Positions 1-9,112 are shown, counted from the first letter of the stretch. The stretch: DNA of 64,000 nucleotides from Candidatus Peregrinibacteria bacterium (GCA_016188705.1 JACPHH010000009.1:98091-162090); one strand, 5' to 3'. A program made the numbers and translations. The notes: generated by a model from the sequence alone, not told the origin.

Positions 1-279
1 ACCAGGAATAATTTTATAAAAACTAAGGGAGTCTTAAGAAAAACAGATTTTCGTTACGAAATTTGTAAAGTATAGTAGAAAAAATGTTTTTTTTAAGGCT
101 TCTAAGCTGAAAATCTCAGCCTTTTAAGGCTGGGGATGAAGCTGTTTTTGAAGCGAGGCAAGTTTTATTATTGAAAAATTAAATTGATATTTGTCAAGTA
201 TACATTTTTTTCGCTTACTTTCATTTTTTTTGGCTTAAATGTAAAGTAAAGTTAATTTATTTATTTTACCCCTTTTCCT

Positions 280-1158
280 ATGCCTATTTTTCAAAAAACA
301 TCTGAAGCGGAAATTACCCGCGCCATGGTTCGACGCCATTGGAAAAAATTTGATGAATATGTTCAATGCGATGTCGTTGTCGTTGGAGCAGGTCCAGCCG
401 GTCTTGTCGCCGCTTATGAACTTGCGAAAAATGGAGTGAAAGTCATGCTTGTCGAACGCAACAATTACCTCGGCGGCGGTATGTATCTTGGCGGTTATGG
501 AATTCCAGAAATGATCGTTCGCCATCCGGGCAATTTTATTCTTGATGAACTTCGTATTCCTTATATTGAAGAAAGCAAGGGTTTATATATTGTGAATGCT
601 CCTTTGGTCGCTGGAAAAATTATCGCGGCCGCGGCTGAAGCAGGGGCATTTATTGTTAATCTCACGGCTTGCGAAGATCTTGTTCTGAATGATAAACGCG
701 AAGTTGGCGGCGTCGTCATTAATTGGAGTCCGGTGCAGGCGCTTCCTCGCCAGATTACTTGCGTGGATCCGGTTGCCATTGAATCAAAATTGGTTATCGC
801 GACCACGGGGCACGATGATGCTTCGATCGTGAAGAGACTTTCCGATATAGGTCTTATTCATAAAATCACGACCATGAGCGCCATGAATGTGCGTTTCGCC
901 GAGGATGAAGTCGTGGAGCATACCTGTGAAATTTATCCCGGTTGTATCGTGGCTGGAATGGAAGTCGCTACGGCTTTTGGACTTCATCGCATGGGGCCCA
1001 CGTTTGGCGCTATGTTCCTTTCCGGCAAAAAGGCCGCTGAACTCGCGATGATGAAACTCGGCGTAAAAAGTGAATCCACGCGACTCAAAGAACTTATTAT
1101 GAAAAAATCATCGATGAAACATGAATCGAAAAAGGTGAATGAATTAGTACGAGCCTAA
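280..1158 (+). CDS. thi4: Thi4-family thiazole synthase (archaeal/eukaryotic type ADP-thiazole synthase)
   Basis: 292-aa ORF with dinucleotide-binding motif DVVVVGAGPAGL, plus ATTGHDD and GMEV..RMGPTFGAMFLSG blocks typical of Thi4/THI1. Lies directly upstream of thiC. Confidence 0.9.
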   Translation: MPIFQKTSEAEITRAMVRRHWKKFDEYVQCDVVVVGAGPAGLVAAYELAKNGVKVMLVERNNYLGGGMYLGGYGIPEMIVRHPGNFILDELRIPYIEESKGLYIVNAPLVAGKIIAAAAEAGAFIVNLTACEDLVLNDKREVGGVVINWSPVQALPRQITCVDPVAIESKLVIATTGHDDASIVKRLSDIGLIHKITTMSAMNVRFAEDEVVEHTCEIYPGCIVAGMEVATAFGLHRMGPTFGAMFLSGKKAAELAMMKLGVKSESTRLKELIMKKSSMKHESKKVNELVRA

Positions 1159-1288
1159 TTTTTTTTGTCAGACGATGATGTTGTCGATATCGATATTGAT
1201 GTATTGATATTAATGTTAAATGTTGATGTTGTGATGTTGTGATGTTGATGTTCTGGACGATAGAGTGATCCATTTTTTCTTTTATCGC

Positions 1289-2608
1289 ATGTCTACTCAA
1301 ATGATTGCCGCCCGAGAGGGGCGTATAACTCGTGAAATGGAGATCGTGGCTCAAAAAGAGTCACTTTCTGTTGATATTTTGAGGCAATATATAGCTGAAG
1401 GTTCGGTTATTATTCCGGCAAACACCGTTCATTTAAAAAAGAAACTTGATCCCATCGGTATTGGTAAAGGTCTTAAAACTAAGGTAAATGTGAATTTTGG
1501 CGCTTCTCCGCAAGTCGCGTCATTGGATTATGAGCTCAAAAAACTTGAAATCAGTGAAAAATACGGCGCCGATACCGTCATGGACCTTTCCACGAAAGGC
1601 GATCTTGATCTTATTCGTGAAGCGGTGATCGATTATGCCACAATGCCTGTTGGAACAGTGCCGATCTATCAGGTGGTTGAGGAAAAAGGTTTACTTGGAT
1701 TTGATATTCCGGATATTTTGCGCGTCATTCGTCGTCAGGCCGAGCAGGGAGTTGATTATATGACGATTCATGCCGGTTTTTTGCGAGAGTATATTCCGTT
1801 GACGAAAAAACGCGTAGTTGGAGTCGTGAGTCGAGGCGGCGGTATTTTGGGAAAATGGATGGAGCATCATAAACGCGAAAATCCGCTTTATGAGTGTTTT
1901 GATGAAATTTGTGCTATTTTTCAAAAATATGATGTGTCGTTTAGCCTCGGTGATAGTTTGCGGCCAGGGGGGCTTGTCGACTGTGGAGATGAAGCGCAGA
2001 TGTCGGAACTTTCGACGCTCGGCGAACTTACGAAACGCGCGTGGAAACATGGCGCGCAGGTCATGGTTGAGGGGCCTGGTCACGTGCCGATTCACATGAT
2101 TCGCGAGCAAATGGAGATTGAAAAAAAAGTTTGTCACGGCGCGCCTTTTTATGTTCTTGGGCCTTTGATTATTGATACGGGCGCCGGTTATGATCATATT
2201 ACTGGCGCGATTGGAGGAGCGGTGGCGGGCATGTATGGCGCGGACATGCTTTGCTACGTGACGCCGGCGGAGCATTTGAAACTTCCAGATGAAAATGACG
2301 TGAAGGAAGGGCTTATTGCTTTCAAAATCGCGGCTCGTGGCGCGGATATTGCCAAAGGCATACCTGGCGCTTGGGAAGAACAAAAAGAGATGTCCCGTCA
2401 TCGTAAAGCTTTACGATGGGAAGCGCAAAGTCGTTATGTTTTCGATCGTGAAAAATTTTATCATTATCGCATTGGAAGCGGATATACTGGCGCGGCTTGC
2501 GGCATGTGCGGCGACGAATTTTGTCCCATGAATGAAAAAATAGATATGGACAATGCCTTTAAAGAAATTTCGACCGCAAGTCAAGAAGGAAAAGTTGAAA
2601 AAAAATGA
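1289..2608 (+). CDS. thiC: Phosphomethylpyrimidine synthase ThiC
   Basis: Motifs GADTVMDLSTKGD, VSRGG, DSLRPG, EGPGHVP, FYVLGPLIIDTGAGYDHI, and C-terminal CGMCGDEFCPM (radical-SAM cluster). The ORF track starts at GTG 1265; ATG 1289 (MSTQMIAAREG) fits short-form ThiC better. Confidence 0.93.
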   Translation: MSTQMIAAREGRITREMEIVAQKESLSVDILRQYIAEGSVIIPANTVHLKKKLDPIGIGKGLKTKVNVNFGASPQVASLDYELKKLEISEKYGADTVMDLSTKGDLDLIREAVIDYATMPVGTVPIYQVVEEKGLLGFDIPDILRVIRRQAEQGVDYMTIHAGFLREYIPLTKKRVVGVVSRGGGILGKWMEHHKRENPLYECFDEICAIFQKYDVSFSLGDSLRPGGLVDCGDEAQMSELSTLGELTKRAWKHGAQVMVEGPGHVPIHMIREQMEIEKKVCHGAPFYVLGPLIIDTGAGYDHITGAIGGAVAGMYGADMLCYVTPAEHLKLPDENDVKEGLIAFKIAARGADIAKGIPGAWEEQKEMSRHRKALRWEAQSRYVFDREKFYHYRIGSGYTGAACGMCGDEFCPMNEKIDMDNAFKEISTASQEGKVEKK

Positions 2609-2619
2609 ATATTGATTAA

Positions 2620-2685
2620 GGAACTTCTGAAAAACGTGCTTACTACTGCAAATTTCGTAATGAAATCACGTTTTTCAGATGTTCC
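2620..2685. repeat. Family-1 palindromic element, short hairpin form (66 bp)
   Basis: ggaacttctgaaaaacgtg ... cacgtttttcagatgttcc: 19-nt inverted ends with 1 mismatch, 12 nt after the thiC stop. Shares its ends and the cttactactgcaa core with copies at 6662, 50352, 56085 and 26468. Confidence 0.85.
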
Positions 2686-2786
2686 TCAATGGCACATAAA
2701 CGGCTCAATTGAAGTTTTTTTTGGTTTTCATTTGACATTTATAGAATTTTTCCTTTATAATCTATATAGATTGGTCACTATATAAA

Positions 2787-3038
2787 ATGTTTTCTCAAAA
2801 AAATCATCAAAAACGCCAGGCAAATTTTTTTATTTCGATTCAGGTTTTGAATCAATTAAATGATATTGTTCCTTATCGGCAAAGAAGTAAGTTTGTAGAG
2901 CAAGCTCTTGCAAGAGAACTTCAGCAGAAAAATTTTTTTCAAGCTCTTCATGATTGCGCTGGCGCATGGAAAAAAGAAGATCATCCTCGTTCTTCTGCTC
3001 AATTTATCCGATCACTTCGCGAGTCAAAACGTATATGA
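2787..3038 (+). CDS. Ribbon-helix-helix (CopG/VapB-like) antitoxin
   Basis: 83-aa ORF. N-terminal segment FFISIQVLNQLNDIVPYRQRSKFVEQALAREL fits an RHH fold. Its stop overlaps the start of the downstream PIN gene (ATGA overlap at 3035-3038). Confidence 0.7.
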   Translation: MFSQKNHQKRQANFFISIQVLNQLNDIVPYRQRSKFVEQALARELQQKNFFQALHDCAGAWKKEDHPRSSAQFIRSLRESKRI

Positions 3039-3412
3039 ATGCAGTTATTCTTGATACAGATGTCATTATCGATATTTTAAGAAATAATCAGAAAACCATT
3101 CGACAAGTGGAACGTTTTTCGGCTGATCGGGTCCCTTGTTGTTCCTGCATTACCATTGGAGAGGTTTACGCAGGAATGTTGCCAAAAGAAGAAAAACTTA
3201 CTCAAAAATTTTTTCAAAGTCTTACTAAAATTCCTGTTACTGAAAAAATCGCTGAACTTGCTGGAAGAATGAAATTTTTCACAAAAACTCATCAGCTTTG
3301 GCTTGATGATTGTCTTATAGCCGCTACGGCGTTTGAAAATCAATCTGTTCTCGTTACAAAAAATGTTAAGCATTATCCATTTAAGGATATTGAGGTTTGT
3401 AGAGTTTTTTAG
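3035..3412 (+). CDS. vapC: PIN-domain toxin VapC
   Basis: MNAVILDTDVIIDIL (first acidic residue), later LWLDDCLIAATA and VTKNVKHY, a typical PIN layout. Internal ATG at 3035 of track ORF 2954..3412; 4-nt overlap with the antitoxin. Confidence 0.85.
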   Translation: MNAVILDTDVIIDILRNNQKTIRQVERFSADRVPCCSCITIGEVYAGMLPKEEKLTQKFFQSLTKIPVTEKIAELAGRMKFFTKTHQLWLDDCLIAATAFENQSVLVTKNVKHYPFKDIEVCRVF

Positions 3413-3434
3413 TACAGCTTCGTCGTCGTTTTTT

Positions 3435-3490
3435 GAACTGAATCACATATGGAATGGCTTCCATATGTAAAAATTATATGTGAACAGTTC
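3435..3490. repeat. Family-3 mini-element (nested hairpins related to the 26907 TIR)
   Basis: gaactgaatcacatat (3435-3450) pairs with atatgtgaacagttc (3476-3490). Inner 9-bp stem catatggaa/ttccatatg. Right arm gtaaaaattatatgtgaacagttctaag is about 25/29 identical to the right TIR at 27152-27180. Confidence 0.7.
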
Positions 3491-4230
3491 TAAGGTTGAG
3501 GTCTTTTTTTTGCTGCATATTTTTCTTTTATTTTCCTTGCTGCAATAAAAGGATTTTCACCATTTAAAATAGCATGTAACAATGTTTTAAAATCGTTGAT
3601 AGCTGCATGTATATTTTGTTTGCTTGTTTGAGTTTGCTCGGCAAGCGTGGCAGTAGAGAAATTGAAACAGTCAATTATAGCCTTTTTTTGAGCTGAATCT
3701 TTTTTTCCTTTTGTGAGCCTTATGGCAATGTTTATTGCTTGAGAGAGCCAAGCAACGTCTTCGGGCGTTTCATGATTTATGAATGGATCGGAATAGAGAT
3801 ATTCTCCATTTCTGTCAATAAGTTTTTCGAGAGAAATTTTTCTTGGTCTTGGTTCGGCTTTTTCGACCTCTCGTAATTTTTCTAATAATTCTAAAACTTG
3901 TATTTTTGCCTGATAAATCAATTGAGCTGGGTTTTTTGGTCCTTGTTTTGTTTTATTGATTATGTTACGAAATATCAGCGCTATTTCTATCGCAATGTCT
4001 TCAGCAGTATATTGATGCCTTAAATGTTCATTTCCAGAAGATGATAAAAATTCTCTTACGTCAGATTCTATTTTGGCTGACATTCCGCGTACAAAGGTTT
4101 CGCTTCCAAGAAGGGTACTCCATCCTTCAGTTTTAGTGGGCATGCTAGAATCGGCAGAAATTATTTCAATAATCATAGTTTGTATATCATTTCCAGCAGT
4201 TTGGCTTTCAAAAATTTTCATAAAGTACAA
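3490..4230 (-). CDS. Hypothetical protein (possible C-terminal HTH)
   Basis: 246-aa ORF between thiC and thiE on the opposite strand. No recognisable catalytic motifs. The C-terminal segment STATLAEQTQTSKQNIHAAINDFKTLL looks HTH-like (weak). Confidence 0.55.
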   Translation of the reverse strand: MYFMKIFESQTAGNDIQTMIIEIISADSSMPTKTEGWSTLLGSETFVRGMSAKIESDVREFLSSSGNEHLRHQYTAEDIAIEIALIFRNIINKTKQGPKNPAQLIYQAKIQVLELLEKLREVEKAEPRPRKISLEKLIDRNGEYLYSDPFINHETPEDVAWLSQAINIAIRLTKGKKDSAQKKAIIDCFNFSTATLAEQTQTSKQNIHAAINDFKTLLHAILNGENPFIAARKIKEKYAAKKRPQP

Positions 4231-4443
4231 TAGTAAAGATATTTTTTTAGAAATTCCCTCAAAGTGATGTACTTATATGCCAGAATTTTAAATAAATCAA
4301 GATAAAATCAGCTCTTATATTAAACGAAAACTACTTTTTTTTAGTCATGAAAAGTGAATCGCGAAAAAAATTATTTTTATCCATGGTTAAAATTCCATTA
4401 TTTCTATTTTTTACGTTGTTACGATTGCAGCAAATAGAGTTAC

Positions 4444-4605
4444 GGACATGCTGAAAAACATCTTAAGAGCTACGATTTTTGTATTTTGGCTACAAATGTT
4501 TCAGCGCTTATCGCCGTATCTAATCTGATACGTCTCTTTCGCGCTTCAACGTTTTCGCGCAAAATACAAAAATTTCGCTTCAATAATCTGTTTTTCAGCA
4601 TGTCC
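4444..4605. repeat. Family-1 palindromic element, divergent full-length variant (162 bp)
   Basis: Perfect 17-nt inverted ends ggacatgctgaaaaaca / tgtttttcagcatgtcc. Central gccgtatctaatctgatacgtc matches the central hairpin of copies 6662 and 50352. Confidence 0.8.
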
Positions 4606-4705
4606 TTACCTTTTTGTTTTTGAAGTAAAGTTGTGGAATTTTTTTTAAAAATGTTTTTTTGAGGTTCCTTGATATACTGAAGTCGCGTTTTTTTGATTGT
4701 TTTTT

Positions 4706-5446
4706 ATGATCGATCAATTTGGGCTTTATTGCATTACTCATCGTGGGATTCCTGTTGATGCTGATATTGTCGATTCGAGCATAACTTTTCATGATGATAT
4801 GATCGCTCAGGTCGTGGCCATGATTCGCGGCGGGGCGAAGATCATTCAATATAGAAATAAAGATTTTTTTAAAAAAAAATCAAAGAGTGATTTTGTGAAC
4901 ATTAAAAAATTGCGAAAAATAACTCGCGACGCAGGCGTGGTTTTTATTGTCAATGATAGATTGGATGTCGCTTTGGAAGTTGGCGCTGACGGCGTACACC
5001 TCGGGCAAGATGATATGTCAATGAATGAGGCTCGAAACGTGCTTGTTAAGCATTTTTTGAATAATATGCCTCAGAGTGTTTTAGCGAAAACGAATGAAAA
5101 AAACGTGGTTCGAAAAAGAGAATTTATTGTTGGACGTTCGACTCATAGTTTGGAGCAGGCTTTGAGAGCTGAGAAGGATGGCGTTTCGTATATTTCGATT
5201 GGACCTGTATTTTCTACTCTTACGAAGCCTGATTATAAGCCTGTTGGGCTTGATGTGGTTCGCGCGGTTGTTCGGAGCGTGAATATTCCAGTGGTGGCGA
5301 TTGGCGGAATTACCGAGGCAAATTTATATGACGTTTTAGATACTGGAGTGAAAAATGTCGCCATGGTTCGCGAAATTACGGAGGCGAAAAATATTGAAAC
5401 GAAAGTGAAAAATGTAAATGGCGCTATGAGCAATTATTTGACGTGA
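4706..5446 (+). CDS. thiE: Thiamine-phosphate synthase ThiE
   Basis: LYCITHRG, IIQYRNKD, FIVNDRLDVALEVGADGVHLGQDD, GRSTHS, ISIGPVFST.TKP, VVAIGGI. Carries a roughly 30-aa insertion (VKHFLNNMPQSVLAKTNEKNVVRKREF). Confidence 0.9.
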   Translation: MIDQFGLYCITHRGIPVDADIVDSSITFHDDMIAQVVAMIRGGAKIIQYRNKDFFKKKSKSDFVNIKKLRKITRDAGVVFIVNDRLDVALEVGADGVHLGQDDMSMNEARNVLVKHFLNNMPQSVLAKTNEKNVVRKREFIVGRSTHSLEQALRAEKDGVSYISIGPVFSTLTKPDYKPVGLDVVRAVVRSVNIPVVAIGGITEANLYDVLDTGVKNVAMVREITEAKNIETKVKNVNGAMSNYLT

Positions 5447-5475
5447 CGCTTTTTTTAGAGCTAAATTTTTGGGTT

Positions 5476-5529
5476 ACATTTTTCGCTCGAAATGGTAAAA
5501 TTTCGTTACAAAGTTACGTTTTTAAGAGG
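5476..5529. repeat. Family-1 element, right-half fragment
   Basis: acatttttcgctcgaaatggtaaaatttcgttacaaagttacgtttttaagagg is near-identical to the right half of copies 6662 and 50352. Confidence 0.8.
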
Positions 5530-5634
5530 TTTTTCAGGAGCTGTTTACGTATAATTTTTGCCATAAGTTTTCTGTGATTTCGAATGGTGATTTGTTAGCA
5601 TAAGGATGCGTTAATTTTTATTTTATTATTTTTT

Positions 5635-6639
5635 ATGTTTTTTTCGAGTGAATTTTATATTATTCGACGGATTGCACGAGGGACGCGGATTTTTGATGAT
5701 AAAGTCGTGCGGGGGATTGGCGATGATTGCGCGGTTATTGATCGTGGAAAATATTATGAAATTATTTCAACCGACGCGGTGGTTGAAGGGGATCATTTTT
5801 CACTTGAATGGTCCACTTCCCAGCAGGTTGGTCGAAAATCGTTCGAATCCAACGTGAGCGATATCGCGGCCATGGGAGGCGTTCCGAAATATGTTTTTGT
5901 GTCGTTGGTCCTTCGTCGCGATACGCCGTCAACATTTGTTGATGGTTTTTATAAAGGATTTCAGTCAGGATGTGAAAAATATCGGATTTCGCTTTTGGGT
6001 GGAAATATCGCTCATGGCAGAGAAATTTCCGCGACCGTGACGATCATTGGAGAGGTTTCAAAAAAGTTGCTTTGTCTTAGGAGTGGCGCGAAAATTGGAG
6101 ATTTTATTTGCGCTACGGGTCCATTGGGAGCTTCGATGGCTGGACTTTTGGCTTTGAGAAAATTTGGAAGTGTTAGCGGCGCTTTGAAAGCTGGTATTCC
6201 ACGGTACGTTTTAGCAAAGCATTTGGAGCCGCGGTCCCGCATGGATATTGTTTCGTTTATAGCTCAATACGCGACGAGCATGATTGACGTAAGCGATGGG
6301 CTCGCTTCCGAAGTGCGTCATATTTGCGAGGCGAGTGGCGTTGGCGCTGAAGTGTATGCTGAAAAAATACCTATTCATTCCGCGACGAAGAAGTCAGCAC
6401 GAATTTTAAAGAAGAACCCTTTGGATTTCGCGCTCTCTGGCGGTGAGGATTTTGAACTTATTTTTACCGTTCATCCGAAAAATTTTGCAATTCTCCGTAA
6501 AAAATTTTCGTTTTTACGAAAAAATCTTTTTTATTTTGGCGTTATTCATTCTCCCAAAAAAGGGATTTTTTTCCTTTTAAAGGAGAAAAAGGTTGTTTTT
6601 CCGGAGGGGTTTGACCACTTCTCAACCTTGTTGGTCTAA
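5635..6639 (+). CDS. thiL: Thiamine-monophosphate kinase ThiL
   Basis: GIGDDCAVI, STDAVVEGDHF, NVSDIAAMGG, LLGGNI, DVSDGLASE, SGGEDFELIFTV. Confidence 0.9.
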   Translation: MFFSSEFYIIRRIARGTRIFDDKVVRGIGDDCAVIDRGKYYEIISTDAVVEGDHFSLEWSTSQQVGRKSFESNVSDIAAMGGVPKYVFVSLVLRRDTPSTFVDGFYKGFQSGCEKYRISLLGGNIAHGREISATVTIIGEVSKKLLCLRSGAKIGDFICATGPLGASMAGLLALRKFGSVSGALKAGIPRYVLAKHLEPRSRMDIVSFIAQYATSMIDVSDGLASEVRHICEASGVGAEVYAEKIPIHSATKKSARILKKNPLDFALSGGEDFELIFTVHPKNFAILRKKFSFLRKNLFYFGVIHSPKKGIFFLLKEKKVVFPEGFDHFSTLLV

Positions 6640-6661
6640 AGCGTTCTTCGGCGGTGTATAA

Positions 6662-6825
6662 AGGAGCCTCTGAAAAACGTACCATCTACTGCAATTTTAC
6701 CATGTCGGCTGCAAAAAGTTCAAAGCTCCTCAACGTATCTTATTTGATACGCTTTCGTCGTTTTTCACATTTTTCGCTCGACATGGTAAAATTTCGTTAC
6801 GAAGTTACGTTTTTCAGAGGCTCCT
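6662..6825. repeat. Family-1 palindromic element, full-length archetype (164 bp, MITE/REP-like)
   Basis: Perfect 20-nt terminal inverted repeat aggagcctctgaaaaacgta / tacgtttttcagaggctcct. Inner 13-nt IR ttttaccatgtcg / cgacatggtaaaa. Central hairpin gtatc-ttattt-gatac. About 95% identical to 50352..50512. Confidence 0.9.
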
Positions 6826-6850
6826 AAAGTAAAAGCGCTTAATCCAAAAA

Positions 6851-7414
6851 TCAGATATTAACTCCTTGTAATCTCATGAGCGCATTAAAAGTTTCTCTTC
6901 CTCGCGTTACAAGGTCTTTTTTTTCTAGATCTGATATTCCAAAAAGTTCTGATAACCTTTCTGTTAATTCGTCATTATTGACAAATTTCATAATAAGCCG
7001 TCTTGCTATCTTTTTAATTTCTGCATTTTCGCTTACGCCGGCTGTTTTGCATTTATGATAAAATTTCCATGCGTCATCTTTTGTTCTAAATTCTATTCTG
7101 AACTTTATTATATGGGTTGTTGCTAATCGTGAAAATTTATCTCTTTGAGTTAAGTCGCCGTCTTGTAATTCAAATAGATGCATGAGTTCCAACATTTTCT
7201 CCATAAGCGGTCCGTCAATCTCAATGCGCGTAAGTCTATTTAGATGCCTTAGGACTGCGGCGCGCATCTCTTTTAATTTTCGATCTTCTGAGGTTAATGT
7301 TTTGACAGCATCAATAATTTTTTGAATATCTTCCAATGGCTCTGCTCTTAAGAGTGTCAAAATTGGGATGGTGCAATCTGTTACATCATCTATTGTTCTC
7401 TCTTCTGCTTCCAT
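6851..7414 (-). CDS. Hypothetical protein
   Basis: 187-aa ORF, predicted mostly helical, no recognisable motifs. Adjacent to tRNA-Arg(CCG). Confidence 0.55.
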   Translation of the reverse strand: MEAEERTIDDVTDCTIPILTLLRAEPLEDIQKIIDAVKTLTSEDRKLKEMRAAVLRHLNRLTRIEIDGPLMEKMLELMHLFELQDGDLTQRDKFSRLATTHIIKFRIEFRTKDDAWKFYHKCKTAGVSENAEIKKIARRLIMKFVNNDELTERLSELFGISDLEKKDLVTRGRETFNALMRLQGVNI

Positions 7415-7527
7415 ACTGATTTATTATTTATGGAATCGTGTAATTCCTGTGAAACCAGGTTTTTCGGAGGTTTCGAGTTTTTTGGAGATTAAAAATACAA
7501 TGAAAAAATATTGAAAGCAAGTTTATT

Positions 7528-7599
7528 TGCCTCCAGCGGGAATCGAACCTGCATCACGAGCTTCGGAGGCCCGTGTTTTATCCATTAAACTATGGAGGC
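7528..7599 (-). tRNA. tRNA-Arg (anticodon CCG)
   Basis: The reverse complement folds as a cloverleaf: gcctcca-ta-gttt-aatggata-aaac-a-cgggc-CTCCGAA-gctcg-tgat-gcagg-ttcgatt-cccgc-tggaggc-a. One A:C mismatch in the T stem. No encoded CCA. Confidence 0.85.
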
Positions 7600-7711
7600 A
7601 AAAGGCGAATTGTAAAGCGAGTCAAAAGGCTTTTTTATTGTAGCGTTTTTTTTTAGAAAGGGAATATTTGAGAGTTGAATTATGCTACAATGCGCATGTT
7701 ATCTTTTCTTT

Positions 7712-8227
7712 ATGCCTTTTGTTTATCTTAGTCTTGGATCGAATCTTGGGAGAAAAGAATCAAATCTGAAAAAAGCTCTTCGCGAAATGAAGACTCGCAA
7801 TTTTTGGATCAAGCAAGTTTCTTCTGTTTATAAAACCGAACCGGTGGGAAAAACCGATCAAGCTTGGTTTTTCAATATGTGTGCTATTGTCGATACCCGT
7901 TATCCGCCGGATATTCTTTTAAACAAATTGCAGGAGATCGAGCTCGCCTGCGGCCGTGATCGGTCGCAGGAACGAGAAAAATGGGGGCCTCGGACTATCG
8001 ATATTGACATTCTTTTTTTTGAAGATGTTATTCTTGATACTCCCAATCTTAAAATTCCTCATCCTCTCATGCACGAACGCCGGTTTGTGCTTGTTCCGCT
8101 TAATGAAATCGCGCCTCTTTTTACTCATCCTGTTTTGAAAAAAACCGTACATCGTCTCTTGATGGAGTGCCCTGATGCCAGTATAGTGGAGCCGTTTTCA
8201 CGTATGGCTTTGAAGAAAAATTATTAG
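7712..8227 (+). CDS. folK: 2-amino-4-hydroxy-6-hydroxymethyldihydropteridine diphosphokinase (HPPK)
   Basis: VYLSLGSNLG, TEPVG, RWGPRTIDIDILFF, IPHPLMHERRFVLVPLNEIAP. Track ORF starts at 7682; ATG 7712 (MPFVYLSLGSN) matches the usual FolK N-terminus. Confidence 0.9.
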   Translation: MPFVYLSLGSNLGRKESNLKKALREMKTRNFWIKQVSSVYKTEPVGKTDQAWFFNMCAIVDTRYPPDILLNKLQEIELACGRDRSQEREKWGPRTIDIDILFFEDVILDTPNLKIPHPLMHERRFVLVPLNEIAPLFTHPVLKKTVHRLLMECPDASIVEPFSRMALKKNY

Positions 8228-8245
8228 GAAAGTCGAGTTTTTAGT

Positions 8246-9112
8246 ATGTGTTTATTTTTTATGACGACCCAGGAACTTCAAAAACTTATCATCCTTCTTC
8301 GACTTGATATTCTTGAGATGATTCACCTCGCGCAGTCGGGTTATCCGGGCGATTCGCTTTCAGCTCTTGATATGATCGCAACTCTTTATTTTGGAGAAAC
8401 GCTTATGCATCAGCCTGTTTTTTTCTGTGATCCAGCAAAGCCGCAATGGGAAGATCAGGATTTTTTTGTGCTTTCTAAAGCTCATGCGGCTCCTGCGTTG
8501 TACGCGGTTTTGGCGGAACGCGGATTTTTTTCTAAATCGGAACTTCATCATTATCGGGCTTCTGGCAGTCTTTTGCAGGGTTTTCCCGTTTTAAAAATTC
8601 CTGGAATCACGGCTCAAACCGGCGTTCTTGGTCATGGACTTTCCGTTGGCATTGGCTTGGCGCTTTCCCTGAAACTCGATCGCAAACCTAATCGAGTTTA
8701 TGTGCTTTTGGGAGATGAGGAATTTCAGCAAGGCGAGATTTGGGAAGGAATGCTCGCTGCTTCGCACTATCAACTCGATAATCTTTGCGTGATTGTTGAT
8801 TGCAATGGTTTTCAAGCGGATGGTTTTGTGCGAGAAATTGTCAATGTCGAGCCGTTACAAGATAAATGCGAAGCTTTTGGCTGGAAAGTGATACGGGTAC
8901 TTGATGGCCATAATATTGAAGAATTCCTTTTTGCCGTTGAAAAAGCATGGACGTTCCAGCGTAGGCCCACGGTGATTATCGCGCATACCGTTAAAGGCAA
9001 GGGAATAGCTTTTATTGAACGAAAAATCGCTTATCACTCTCTTCCTTTAAGCCGTCCGGAAATCCAGGCGGCGAGAAAAGAGCTCGAGCGGCAGCTTGAT
9101 AACATGTATTAA
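8246..9112 (+). CDS. Transketolase N-terminal (PP-domain) subunit, divergent
   Basis: Split-TK layout: SGYPGDSLSALDMIATLYF, FVLSKAHAAPALYAVLAERGFF, LGDEEFQQGEIWE, VIVDCNGFQADG, KGKGI.FIE. Expected SGHPG, QGHP and GDG read SGYPG, QGFP and GDE. Confidence 0.85.
   Translation: MCLFFMTTQELQKLIILLRLDILEMIHLAQSGYPGDSLSALDMIATLYFGETLMHQPVFFCDPAKPQWEDQDFFVLSKAHAAPALYAVLAERGFFSKSELHHYRASGSLLQGFPVLKIPGITAQTGVLGHGLSVGIGLALSLKLDRKPNRVYVLLGDEEFQQGEIWEGMLAASHYQLDNLCVIVDCNGFQADGFVREIVNVEPLQDKCEAFGWKVIRVLDGHNIEEFLFAVEKAWTFQRRPTVIIAHTVKGKGIAFIERKIAYHSLPLSRPEIQAARKELERQLDNMY

Noticed and set aside
1-279. Possible TPP riboswitch upstream of thi4. I also examined 1159-1288, 4231-4705 and 5447-5634.
   Set aside because: None of these regions has the conserved CUGAGA plus ACCUGAUCUGGAUAAUGCCAGCG core. 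The hairpin gctga-aaatc-tcagc at about 110-125 is too small and lacks the junction sequences. A covariance-model scan is still needed for certainty.
1159-1264. The gatgtt/gtgatgtt low-complexity run between thi4 and thiC as a regulatory repeat.
   Set aside because: It is a short, imperfect AT/GT-rich microsatellite-like stretch with no partner elsewhere and no structure. It is most simply a spacer.
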